Assembly: GCA_964609695.1 (NCBI GenBank)
Contig: CAZSSP010000007.1
Location: 8,926-72,925 of the forward strand
DNA from: an uncultured Bacteriovoracaceae bacterium
GTDB taxonomy: Bacteria > Bdellovibrionota > UBA2428
Length of the DNA: 64,000 nucleotides
Direction: 5' to 3'
A model generated the notes under the pieces. It worked only from the letters and a program-made list of their open reading frames with translations. It was not told the DNA's origin and did no database searches. Shown piece by piece: positions 10,660 to 18,767 of the stretch; position 1 is the stretch's first letter, and each line of letters starts with the position of its first letter. The position numbers and the translations under genes are program-made.

Positions 10660-11463
10660 TTAAAGTAAAAAGTAAGCCAGAACTATTCCAACTAAAATTC
10701 GATACCAACCAAATATTTCGAGTGAATTGCGTTTCACAAAACCTAAGAACCAATGAATCACCAAGAGAGCAAATACAAATGAAACCAGCGAACCCAAAGC
10801 TATAAGTTTCATTTTTTCAGAGTCACTAAATAATTCCGGACCCATTTTGCGTAAATCCCAAAGGGTGGCGGCCAACAAAGTGGGAATAGCAAGCATGAAC
10901 GAAAACTCTGCCGAAGCTTCGGTATTGAGTCCACGCAAACGAGCCCCCAACAATGTTGTCATAGCACGAGAAGTTCCCGGCCAAAGACTCAAACACTGAT
11001 AAAGCCCCACACAAAGTGCATCAGAAAAACTCATCGACTCAAGATTTTTGGAGGATTTTTTATTCTTTAAATATTTTTCAAAAAGAATAATCGCAAGACC
11101 ACCCACGATTAGAGCACCGACAACAGGCAGAGGACCGAATAAAAATTCTTTTATCTTTTTATGAAAGAGCAGGCCCACAAAAGCTGAAGGTAAAAAAGCG
11201 ACTAATACATTTATAAAAAATTGTTTAGAATTCTGATTTCCTTTAAAAAACTTCTGAAGTTTTTCAATTAAACTTTTGCGATAATAGAAAATGACAGCCA
11301 AAACTGTTCCGCCCTGAATAACAACTTCGAAGGCTTTATTAAAATCGGAGTTTTCTAATCCCAAAAAATGTGAGGCTAATATTAAGTGGCCTGTTGAAGA
11401 AACAGGCAAAAACTCTGTAAGTGCTTCAACGATTCCTAAAATAATAGAATGAAAATACGTCAT
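10660..11463 (-). CDS. uppP: undecaprenyl-diphosphate phosphatase
   Basis: EFLPVSSTGHL motif near the N-terminus, PGTSRAMTT motif, polytopic membrane protein of 267 aa. Confidence 0.9.
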   Translation of the reverse strand: MTYFHSIILGIVEALTEFLPVSSTGHLILASHFLGLENSDFNKAFEVVIQGGTVLAVIFYYRKSLIEKLQKFFKGNQNSKQFFINVLVAFLPSAFVGLLFHKKIKEFLFGPLPVVGALIVGGLAIILFEKYLKNKKSSKNLESMSFSDALCVGLYQCLSLWPGTSRAMTTLLGARLRGLNTEASAEFSFMLAIPTLLAATLWDLRKMGPELFSDSEKMKLIALGSLVSFVFALLVIHWFLGFVKRNSLEIFGWYRILVGIVLAYFLL

Positions 11464-11563
11464 AGAATGATTCTAACCGCGCCAGCAAAGATTTCAAAAT
11501 TTCAGGGAATCAAACGACGTTTTTAAAAAGAAGAAGGTTTAGCGATAATCTTAAATAATTTTA

Positions 11564-11740
11564 TTAAGATTTAATTTTATCTGCACTGATAGCGCGACCA
11601 TACTTCATCGCAGGAATGGGTCCGCTAAGAGGAACAGCAATTGTAGTTCCTTTGTTTTCGCGAACGCGCTTAGAAGAAGCGCCAAGAGTTTTGAGCTTAC
11701 GTGCTCTTTTGATTGAAGTGCGATGCCATGGAAAAGCCAT
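11564..11740 (-). CDS. rpmF: small basic protein, probable 50S ribosomal protein bL32
   Basis: 58-aa ORF, below the ORF-track cutoff, translated by hand: MAFPWHRTSIKRARKLKTLGASSKRVRENKGTTIAVPLSGPIPAMKYGRAISADKIKS. The MA-x-P-x-x-RTS-x-x-R-x-R N-terminus and the size match bL32. No obvious SD. Confidence 0.45.
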   Translation of the reverse strand: MAFPWHRTSIKRARKLKTLGASSKRVRENKGTTIAVPLSGPIPAMKYGRAISADKIKS

Positions 11741-11744
11741 GGGG

Positions 11745-11782
11745 AATAACTAAAACAGGGCGCGACAAGAGTCAACGCCCTG
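11745..11782 (-). terminator. rho-independent terminator-like hairpin
   Basis: Minus strand reads CAGGGCG-(13 nt)-CGCCCTG followed by TTTTAGTTATT, 29 nt downstream of the stop at 11811. Confidence 0.55.
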
Positions 11783-11810
11783 TAAATGCTTAAATGAAAG
11801 CTTTTTAGTT

Positions 11811-12422
11811 TTAATGACCGCCAGAGGGATCCACCAAACGAGCCTTTAAAAATCCCACAACGACTGAATCGGCTTCTACGTCTCTCTGAACAAAAACTCT
11901 AATTTCTTGGCCGTCCCAGATCGTAAGTGATTGATTACTTTGAACATTATAGAAGTTTGGCTTAATATAAACGCGCCCATGATCGTCGCGAAGCTCTTCG
12001 CCCCCCGGCAGCACAGAACGAAGAGAGAAGATCATATTCACATCAATCGTATAGCCATCTGCTCCTATAATAGGCTCAGCTTCGAAGACATTTCCTACTT
12101 CTATAGACTGATAAACCGCCTCACCTCTCTCGATACTATCAACATATCGAAAATCTTCAGTAGACTTAACAGACACTCTCACTCCACTTTTACCTAAACT
12201 CTCGGTTACAACTTTGAGCTCAGCAAAGCCTCTTCTGACGAGATCCATCAGGGTCTCTTTTAGCTTTCCCTCGTTTTGATTGATGATATCAACGTAAGTC
12301 GCCTTTTTAACTTTAATGAGATCTAAATGTAATTGAACTTGTATTGGTGAACTCCCAGCATTAGCCGACGCCATTCCACCCAATAAAAACAAGGAACCTA
12401 ATATACGTGTGAATTTTTTCAT
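11811..12422 (-). CDS. hypothetical secreted protein (weak secretin-domain-like motif)
   Basis: ATG at 12422 is preceded by GGAGG with a 5-nt spacer. Signal peptide MKKFTRILGSLFLLGGMASANA. IEVGNVFEAEPIIGADGYTIDVNM resembles the start of the secretin domain (weak). Lies 56 nt downstream of cpaF. Confidence 0.55.
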   Translation of the reverse strand: MKKFTRILGSLFLLGGMASANAGSSPIQVQLHLDLIKVKKATYVDIINQNEGKLKETLMDLVRRGFAELKVVTESLGKSGVRVSVKSTEDFRYVDSIERGEAVYQSIEVGNVFEAEPIIGADGYTIDVNMIFSLRSVLPGGEELRDDHGRVYIKPNFYNVQSNQSLTIWDGQEIRVFVQRDVEADSVVVGFLKARLVDPSGGH

Positions 12423-12484
12423 CCCCACCTCCAGAAATAACTTTTAACAGGAGAGGCAGGACAACTTCAAGAGGGCCTAGAGAG

Positions 12485-13609
12485 CTATTTTTTTCGAATG
12501 GCTGCTTTTATGGAATATTGGTTGTTAAAGAAATCCATCGGGAAATCTACACCATGTCGACTAAAGTCATGCACAAATCTTGGCACGAAACCCAGAGAGT
12601 AAAAGCCTTTTGAAGGATCCCAAGCAAAAATTCCCTGTGTAAGAATCACATCTGACTCCATATTGCCGACCTCGATAATTTCCGTAACTCGACGACGACC
12701 ATCGGGTGTTCGCTGCACGTTGACGATCACATCAAGGGCACCCGACATGTGCTCACGAATAACTCTCATTGGAAAATCAGTGCCAGTCATGAGCACCATG
12801 GTTTCAAGTCGCCTTAAAGCTTCTCGACTGGAGTTAGCATGAAGAGTGGTCATACTTCCTTCATGACCCGTGTTCATAGCTTGAAGCATATCGAAGGCTT
12901 CGGAACCACGACACTCTCCCACTATGATGCGATCTGGTCGCATACGGAGAGCATTAATCACTAAGGTTCGAATAGAAACACCAGGATCGGTTGGAGTTTG
13001 CGGGCGCGCTTCTAAGCGAACTAAATTATCATTACGAATTTTTAATTCCGCCGCATCTTCAATACTCACAACTCGCTCGTGGGGTGGAATGAATCCACTC
13101 AAAACGTTGAGCAAAGTTGTTTTACCGGAGCCCGTTCCACCGCAAATCATAATGTTCAAACGCGCGTTCACACAGCAACTCAGAAAATAGGCAATTTTTT
13201 CATCAAACATACCGCTTGCGATCAGCTGCTCATGATTGATGGAATAGGGTGAAAATTTTCGAATAGTCACCGAGGGACCATCAACGGCTACGGGCGGAAT
13301 CACTATATTCACACGCGAGCCATCGGGAAGTCGCGCATCTAAACAAGGTGATTTTGGAGACAGTTCACGCCCCACATAGTCTGCAATACTCTTGAGCACT
13401 TGATAGAGCTCGGCTTCACTTTCAAAACTTAAAGGCGTTTTTTTAATGAGCCCCTTTTGTTCAATGAAAACTTTATTGGCCCCATTCACCATGATCTCAG
13501 TAACACTGGGGTCGTCAAGCAATGGAATTAATGGGCCAAAATGACTTTGCCACTGTGAATCTTTTACTTTACTGACGGCCCATTGAGACATGTTCATCTT
13601 TTCGGCCAT
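12485..13609 (-). CDS. cpaF: CpaF/TadA-family type II/IV secretion ATPase
   Basis: Walker A GGTGSGKTTLLN, VSIEDAAEL, RMRPDRIIVGECRGSEAFDMLQAMNTGHEGSMTTLHANS and RLPDGSRVNIVIPPVAVDGPSVTIRKF are all CpaF/TadA hallmarks. Confidence 0.9.
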   Translation of the reverse strand: MAEKMNMSQWAVSKVKDSQWQSHFGPLIPLLDDPSVTEIMVNGANKVFIEQKGLIKKTPLSFESEAELYQVLKSIADYVGRELSPKSPCLDARLPDGSRVNIVIPPVAVDGPSVTIRKFSPYSINHEQLIASGMFDEKIAYFLSCCVNARLNIMICGGTGSGKTTLLNVLSGFIPPHERVVSIEDAAELKIRNDNLVRLEARPQTPTDPGVSIRTLVINALRMRPDRIIVGECRGSEAFDMLQAMNTGHEGSMTTLHANSSREALRRLETMVLMTGTDFPMRVIREHMSGALDVIVNVQRTPDGRRRVTEIIEVGNMESDVILTQGIFAWDPSKGFYSLGFVPRFVHDFSRHGVDFPMDFFNNQYSIKAAIRKK

Positions 13610-13643
13610 GCAAGGACTGGGCTAAAGCTTTTCGCAATTTTTT

Positions 13644-13833
13644 TATTGTGCGCTAATAAACGGGCCTGCAATATTATAAATAAAAGTTATTAAGATCTTT
13701 AAATTCAATAACTAGAGCATCTTGGGGTGAGCGATGGGGCAAAGCCCCGAGCTTCAGGGGTCGCCCAAGCCGCTCTAGTTATTGAGTTTAAAGATCTAAA
13801 TAGATTTGCAGGCCCGTTTCTTAGCGCACAATA
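13644..13833. repeat. 190-bp nested-palindrome element, copy 1
   Basis: Outer arms 13644-13669 / 13808-13833, inner arms 13694-13718 / 13772-13796, central GGGGC-AAA-GCCCC tip. About 90% identical to 38517-38706 in the same orientation. Confidence 0.9.
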
Positions 13834-13837
13834 GAAT

Positions 13838-14263
13838 TTAGCGGGTGGAGGGGATTGGAAGCCAGGCGGGTTGAAGTTCTTTGAGCTCTTCTTTTTCTTC
13901 CTTGCGTTTACGTTTGCGAGGATAGTTTTTTGTAGGATCATCTGATGATCCACGAGTAAAAATTAAAAGCTCAGGTATAAACTTTCCATGATATGCTTCA
14001 GGATCAGATTCGGTGGCTTCTCTAAAATGAAGCATTATATCGACACCCATCCACACAAAAGAAACGTGTCGTCCGTGTTCGTCGAGCAAAGGGACATATA
14101 AATTATCTGAATAATAAGACCAATGTGAATTAGCTTTTTCAATATCATGAGTTTTAAGCTCTCTTAAAATTAAATCTCTAAACATTGAAAAACTAGGGAT
14201 GAGCGAATGCATTAACAAATGAGAAACAGCGGCCCATATATTGGCGGCAAAAGCTAAACACAT
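13838..14263 (-). CDS. hypothetical protein (possibly the C-terminal part of a gene interrupted by TGA)
   Basis: 141-aa ORF, hydrophobic N-terminus, basic/acidic tail KNYPRKRKRKEEKEELKEL. Same frame as the upstream ORF 14309..14884, with a single TGA and 15 sense codons between them. Confidence 0.4.
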   Translation of the reverse strand: MCLAFAANIWAAVSHLLMHSLIPSFSMFRDLILRELKTHDIEKANSHWSYYSDNLYVPLLDEHGRHVSFVWMGVDIMLHFREATESDPEAYHGKFIPELLIFTRGSSDDPTKNYPRKRKRKEEKEELKELQPAWLPIPSTR

Positions 14264-14308
14264 ACCCGCTCCAAAACCACTAAAACTTTGAGAGGCTAAA
14301 CCGGCAAA

Positions 14309-14884
14309 TCACCCCAAAAAAAGTCCCGTCTTCACTCCTGAACGAGTTGCAGAAATCATTGTAAGAGGTAGCTGAATTTTTCTAAAATAAGTCCAAGGAG
14401 AAATAGGATCATTGTTAAGCGCTTTTATAGCCTCTAAAATATTTTCATTCCCAACAATTCTAATTCCAAAACTAACATTCTTTCCTTCTTCGTCAGTACC
14501 GCCAGCACTATCGCCCAAGTTGAGCTCTAAGCCGCGAATTCGAGCCGCCAAAGCGGCCATGTGTTTTTTATTTTTTTCATGTGCCGAATGAGAATGCACC
14601 ACGTGAATACTTGGAATGATGGAATTATCAAAACCCAATCTACTTTGTCGAAAATTCCTGAGTTCAGTCAAAGCCTCTAAAGTAACCTTACGTCGTTCGG
14701 TTTCAATAGCTCCCGAACCTTCAACAGTTAAGGTGAGTGCGGCCTCGCAAATTGGATAACCAAACTGTCGCCATCGCTCAGGCTTGTATTGTTTTTCTGT
14801 TTCATCTGCAAAAACTCTTAGGGGATTGAAAAGAGACAAAGACAAAAGTGAGTATCGAAAGAAACTCGAAAAACGCATGGCCAA
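14309..14884 (-). CDS. hypothetical secreted protein (possibly the N-terminal part of a gene interrupted by TGA)
   Basis: Signal-like N-terminus MAMRFSSFFRYSLLSLSLFNPLRVFA. Ends ...GVKTGLFLG-TGA in the middle of a hydrophobic stretch. Confidence 0.5.
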   Translation of the reverse strand: MAMRFSSFFRYSLLSLSLFNPLRVFADETEKQYKPERWRQFGYPICEAALTLTVEGSGAIETERRKVTLEALTELRNFRQSRLGFDNSIIPSIHVVHSHSAHEKNKKHMAALAARIRGLELNLGDSAGGTDEEGKNVSFGIRIVGNENILEAIKALNNDPISPWTYFRKIQLPLTMISATRSGVKTGLFLG

Positions 14885-14902
14885 GCTATAGACTTAATTA
14901 TG

Positions 14903-16186
14903 CTAAGCGTCAATTAACTTCAGGGCTAAGGTTAAGGATTTTTGGGAGAAATAGAGCTTATTTTGCAATCGCTCAAAAGTTACAGGTGTTTGAACTTTAT
15001 GAGTCTCCACAATCACTGAAGATTGCTTTCTTCCAAAGGCTAATCCTACATGGCACAAACCCACAGGTTTCTCAGAAGTCCCCCCATTAGGTCCAGCTAT
15101 TCCCGTTGTTGATATCACTAAAATACTAGATTCAGGAAATTGAACTTTAAGTTTTTCATAACCCTTTAAAGCCATTTCTCTTGCACATTCTTCAGAAACA
15201 GCCCCATGAGATTTCAAAATCTCAGCGCTCACACCTAAACTCAATTTCATAGCATTATCGTAAGTGACCCACGAACCCATAAGAACTTCTGAAGCCCCGG
15301 AGATATCACTGATTCGACTAGAATTGAGTCCCCCTGTACAAGACTCAACAAAAGCTAAAATAATATTTTTGCTTTTTAATTTTTCAAAAAAAAGTTCTGG
15401 GAGCTCAGAGGGATTTTCTCCGTGAGTGTAGGTTGAGGGGGCTAAAATTTCAGTGATCTCTTTTTTTAAACTTTCAAAACTTTGAATTTTTTCTGGAGAA
15501 TCTAAATTTCCAAAAAGTGAAATGTAATTTTCAGGAAATTTTGTTCGAAACGCTAATTCAAAATCTTTAGGCAACTTTGAAATTAACTCTTTGAGATCCA
15601 TTTGAAGCGCGCTTTCGGCCGTAAATTGAGTCACCCAATGATAATGTCGATAGTCATCATTTCTAGGTATCTGAGACTGAATTTTTTCTTCATAAATTCC
15701 CTGAAGTTCTCTAGGAACACCTGGGAGAAAAAACCATTGGCGAGTGCGCTCTTTAAAGGTAAATGCGGGTGCTGTTCCAAAGTTATTGGCGATAACCTCA
15801 ACTCCTTGAGGCAAAATAGCTTGCTTTAACTGGGCTTCATTAACTGGGCGCTTTCTCTTTTCAAGCCAAGCTCTCACCATAATTTCGGCTTCAGCATTGA
15901 GCACGGGCTCAGAGTGCTGAAATTTGGCAAAGGCCTCAGACGTTAAATCATCGGACGTAGGCCCCAAACCACCACTGACAAAAATAATATCTGATCTTCG
16001 CGAAGCAATTTCAAAAGCCTCAATAATTCTGGAAATCTCATCATCAACTTTTTGGGCATGTCTTAAAACCAATCCTAAATTTTTTAATTTTTGAGCCAAC
16101 CAAACGGAATTGGTGTCAATCACTCTACCGTCGAGTATCTCGCGACCTATAGCAATGAACTCTACAATTTTTTGCGCTGAACTCAT
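14903..16186 (-). CDS. cinA: CinA-family protein (MoCF-binding domain plus nicotinamide-nucleotide amidase PncC domain)
   Basis: GGLGPTSDDLT in the N-terminal domain and ESCTGG in the C-terminal domain; 427 aa. Confidence 0.85.
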   Translation of the reverse strand: MSSAQKIVEFIAIGREILDGRVIDTNSVWLAQKLKNLGLVLRHAQKVDDEISRIIEAFEIASRRSDIIFVSGGLGPTSDDLTSEAFAKFQHSEPVLNAEAEIMVRAWLEKRKRPVNEAQLKQAILPQGVEVIANNFGTAPAFTFKERTRQWFFLPGVPRELQGIYEEKIQSQIPRNDDYRHYHWVTQFTAESALQMDLKELISKLPKDFELAFRTKFPENYISLFGNLDSPEKIQSFESLKKEITEILAPSTYTHGENPSELPELFFEKLKSKNIILAFVESCTGGLNSSRISDISGASEVLMGSWVTYDNAMKLSLGVSAEILKSHGAVSEECAREMALKGYEKLKVQFPESSILVISTTGIAGPNGGTSEKPVGLCHVGLAFGRKQSSVIVETHKVQTPVTFERLQNKLYFSQKSLTLALKLIDA

Positions 16187-16764
16187 AAACGTGAATCTCC
16201 CGACTGAAGATGGGCTTCCAACAAAGCTAATGCACCCGCCACTAAACCATGATCAACTTTTTTATTAAGCAACATTTGAAAACGATCTTTAAAGGGATGC
16301 CATTGAACATCTAAAACTTCACTACCATCACCCAGGACAACTGAAGGGTCTAATTCGCATCCAAAAGCTAAAAAGGCATGAACTCGATTTCTGAAAAGTG
16401 CGGGATTAGATGAAAAGTTCCCTAAGTAAAGCCAGCGCCCCGCTCGAGCTCCAGTTTCCTCTAGCAACTCTCTTTTAGCAGCCAAGAGTGGGTCGACGTC
16501 CTCTTCTTCAAGCGCACCCCCCGGAATTTCAAGCGTGGTGCACTCTGGCCCAACCCTGAATTGCTCTACCCAAAGCAAGCGAGCTTCTGGGCGCCTTAAT
16601 GAATCGGTATCAACAGCAATAACCTGCACCCAATCTCTTGTTTCTAAAACCACAAAAGGGTGTTCTATTTGGGCCACGTCATGGCTATGCGGCTCTCGAA
16701 ATATTTTGAAATGACGAGTTTGATAGAGAAGCTGTCGACCTAACTTTCTCCACATCAAATTCAT
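16183..16764 (-). CDS. NUDIX hydrolase
   Basis: NUDIX box GGALEEEDVDPLLAAKRELLEETG. 4-nt overlap with the cinA start. Confidence 0.85.
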   Translation of the reverse strand: MNLMWRKLGRQLLYQTRHFKIFREPHSHDVAQIEHPFVVLETRDWVQVIAVDTDSLRRPEARLLWVEQFRVGPECTTLEIPGGALEEEDVDPLLAAKRELLEETGARAGRWLYLGNFSSNPALFRNRVHAFLAFGCELDPSVVLGDGSEVLDVQWHPFKDRFQMLLNKKVDHGLVAGALALLEAHLQSGDSRL

Positions 16765-16813
16765 AAGTAAAAAACAATCTAATCGAATTGCGCAAAGGAG
16801 AAAAGACTTTCAA

Positions 16814-17938
16814 TCACCACTCGAATGATGCACGAACATAGTAACGGCGATCCACACCAATACCTGGCCCGCGCCCCAAATTGACCGCTTCAGTCACAAA
16901 AGCAATGTAACCTGGACCAATATGGCCATAAGCTCCGCCACCTAGGTTTCCCTTATAAAAGTGACCCGCCAAAGCACCATGAAGCCAACGTGTGACTCGC
17001 ATGTAAAATTCCATTCCAATGCCAAGATGCTCAATTTTTTTATCGGTTTTTACTAAATAATCACGATAGTCCACACTAATTGTAGGACGCATTCTGCCAA
17101 TTTTATGAAGCGACACTGCGGCTCCAGCATTTACTCTTTTCTGAGTTGGTGGAACTGTTCCTGATAAACTATTTTTCTGAAGTCGATTATCAAAATCATT
17201 TTCAAGAACGTTTTGATATACAGCGCCCAATGAAGGGACGAAACCAAAACGCCCCCAAGGACCCCCGTGCCACTGAGTTCCGATATCTAAATCACTTCCC
17301 CATCCCATTCCAAAAAAAGATCGCGGATTATCAAAACTTAACAATTGTTGGTTTTCCAGATAACTACTGTTGCTCATCCCTCGATCCATACCAGAGCGAA
17401 TATGCACAGGCCTAAAAGCGACACCGAACCTTAAATGATTATCAAAAAAGGGTTGTGCAAAACCCAAGGAAAAAGCTGTGTCTTGTGTCACGCGCGCGGC
17501 AGCCTTCAAAAATAAAAGAGATGGAGTTCGAATTCTAAATGAAGATCTTAATGCCAAAAAATTTAAAGCCATGGCAAAACGCTTTCCGTAATAACCAAAA
17601 CCTGGCACCTCAATACTAAAAGATGCAGCCGTGCCATCGAAAGAATAAAAATCCACAGGCCTTAAAGTGGATCCATTTTTTTTGAGATTTTTAATTTTTT
17701 TATAAAGCTTTGAAATACTTGGAGACACTCCGGCTTGAATCAAATCGGGAAGTCTCCATTTGGACTCCTCCTGAAGAGCTAGACCCGCTGGATTGGTATA
17801 CAAAGATTCCCAATCATCAATGTAAGCCGTAACAGCTCGACCCATGGCTATAGATCGAGGGGTTGGAAACAAATCATAATATTCACGCGAAAAGGCCGAA
17901 GTTGCCAATAAAAAAAAGAATAGCCACCCTCTACGCAT
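16814..17938 (-). CDS. outer-membrane beta-barrel protein (hypothetical)
   Basis: Signal peptide, YTNPAGLAL motif near the N-terminus, alternating beta-strand pattern, C-terminal ...ASFEW aromatic terminus. Confidence 0.55.
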   Translation of the reverse strand: MRRGWLFFFLLATSAFSREYYDLFPTPRSIAMGRAVTAYIDDWESLYTNPAGLALQEESKWRLPDLIQAGVSPSISKLYKKIKNLKKNGSTLRPVDFYSFDGTAASFSIEVPGFGYYGKRFAMALNFLALRSSFRIRTPSLLFLKAAARVTQDTAFSLGFAQPFFDNHLRFGVAFRPVHIRSGMDRGMSNSSYLENQQLLSFDNPRSFFGMGWGSDLDIGTQWHGGPWGRFGFVPSLGAVYQNVLENDFDNRLQKNSLSGTVPPTQKRVNAGAAVSLHKIGRMRPTISVDYRDYLVKTDKKIEHLGIGMEFYMRVTRWLHGALAGHFYKGNLGGGAYGHIGPGYIAFVTEAVNLGRGPGIGVDRRYYVRASFEW

Positions 17939-18039
17939 AGTTTATATCAAAGCTCTAACTTAAAGATAACGCGATCATGAAAGGAACGCAGCCTTCGATG
18001 GCTTTTTAAGACGAGAAAGATTCCTCTATGACACAGGGT

Positions 18040-18660
18040 TTAACGGGCTTTAGAGTTCGCCAAAGTCCGTTCTTCAAGAAATCTATCCAATTTCTTATTG
18101 AGTTCGTCTTTGCTCCCATTATTTTTTAATTCAAATTTTGCTTCACTCAACATGACGTTTTGATCTTGCAAAGAAATCATCATTTGAACTTCTTCTTTTC
18201 CCATGGAATCACGCTTAACGACTCTTGGAATAATTTTCTTCTCATCAGAAGTGATTACAATCAATCCATTGAGGTTTTTATGAAATTTTGATTCCACCAA
18301 ACGAGAGCCTTCAACAAAGGCAAACTTGGCATTCATTTCACGTTGTTTACGAGCCCATTTTTCGATGTAATCCAAAATGAGAGGATGCAAAATTTCTTCC
18401 AATTTTTTTCGATCATCAGGATTATTCATCATCTTCATTCTCAAAGCCCTGCGATCGAGATTGCCCAAATTATCTAAAACTGAAGAACCGAAAGTTTTAT
18501 AAATGAGTTGAAAACCTAACTTCCCTTGTTCTGTGTTTTTATCAACAACTAACCTAGACACCTGATCAGCATCCACGCAGGGATAGCCTTTCGAAGAGAG
18601 ATAAGAAATAGCCGTTGATTTACCCGATCCAATGATTCCTGTAATGCCCCAAAGTTCCAT
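18040..18660 (-). CDS. coaE: dephospho-CoA kinase
   Basis: GITGIIGSGKST P-loop at the extreme N-terminus; size and layout typical of CoaE. Confidence 0.85.
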   Translation of the reverse strand: MELWGITGIIGSGKSTAISYLSSKGYPCVDADQVSRLVVDKNTEQGKLGFQLIYKTFGSSVLDNLGNLDRRALRMKMMNNPDDRKKLEEILHPLILDYIEKWARKQREMNAKFAFVEGSRLVESKFHKNLNGLIVITSDEKKIIPRVVKRDSMGKEEVQMMISLQDQNVMLSEAKFELKNNGSKDELNKKLDRFLEERTLANSKAR

Positions 18661-18767
18661 CAGAACTCAGGTATCATAAATTTTCAGGCATCTTGCAAAC
18701 AACATAATAAATATTTCTAGAACGACTTCTAATTGTGGACCATTAGAAGATAAGTTAAATTTTAAAT

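Noticed and set aside
13705-13953. 82-aa minus-strand ORF running through copy 1 of the 190-bp element
   Set aside because: It overlaps the end of the neighbouring ORF in another frame. Its sequence is dictated by the palindrome, and no equivalent ORF of 60 aa or more exists in copy 2, so the element is not protein-coding.
14309-14311. Selenocysteine or alternative genetic code (TGA=Trp/Gly) as the explanation for the in-frame TGA
   Set aside because: TGA terminates several well-conserved genes here at their expected ends (gcvPB, the MinD-like gene, the ABC permease). The downstream sequence gives only a weak 7-bp bulged hairpin about 15 nt away, not a convincing SECIS. The context is a hydrophobic helix with no redox motif. 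This is kept as a minor possibility within the finding.
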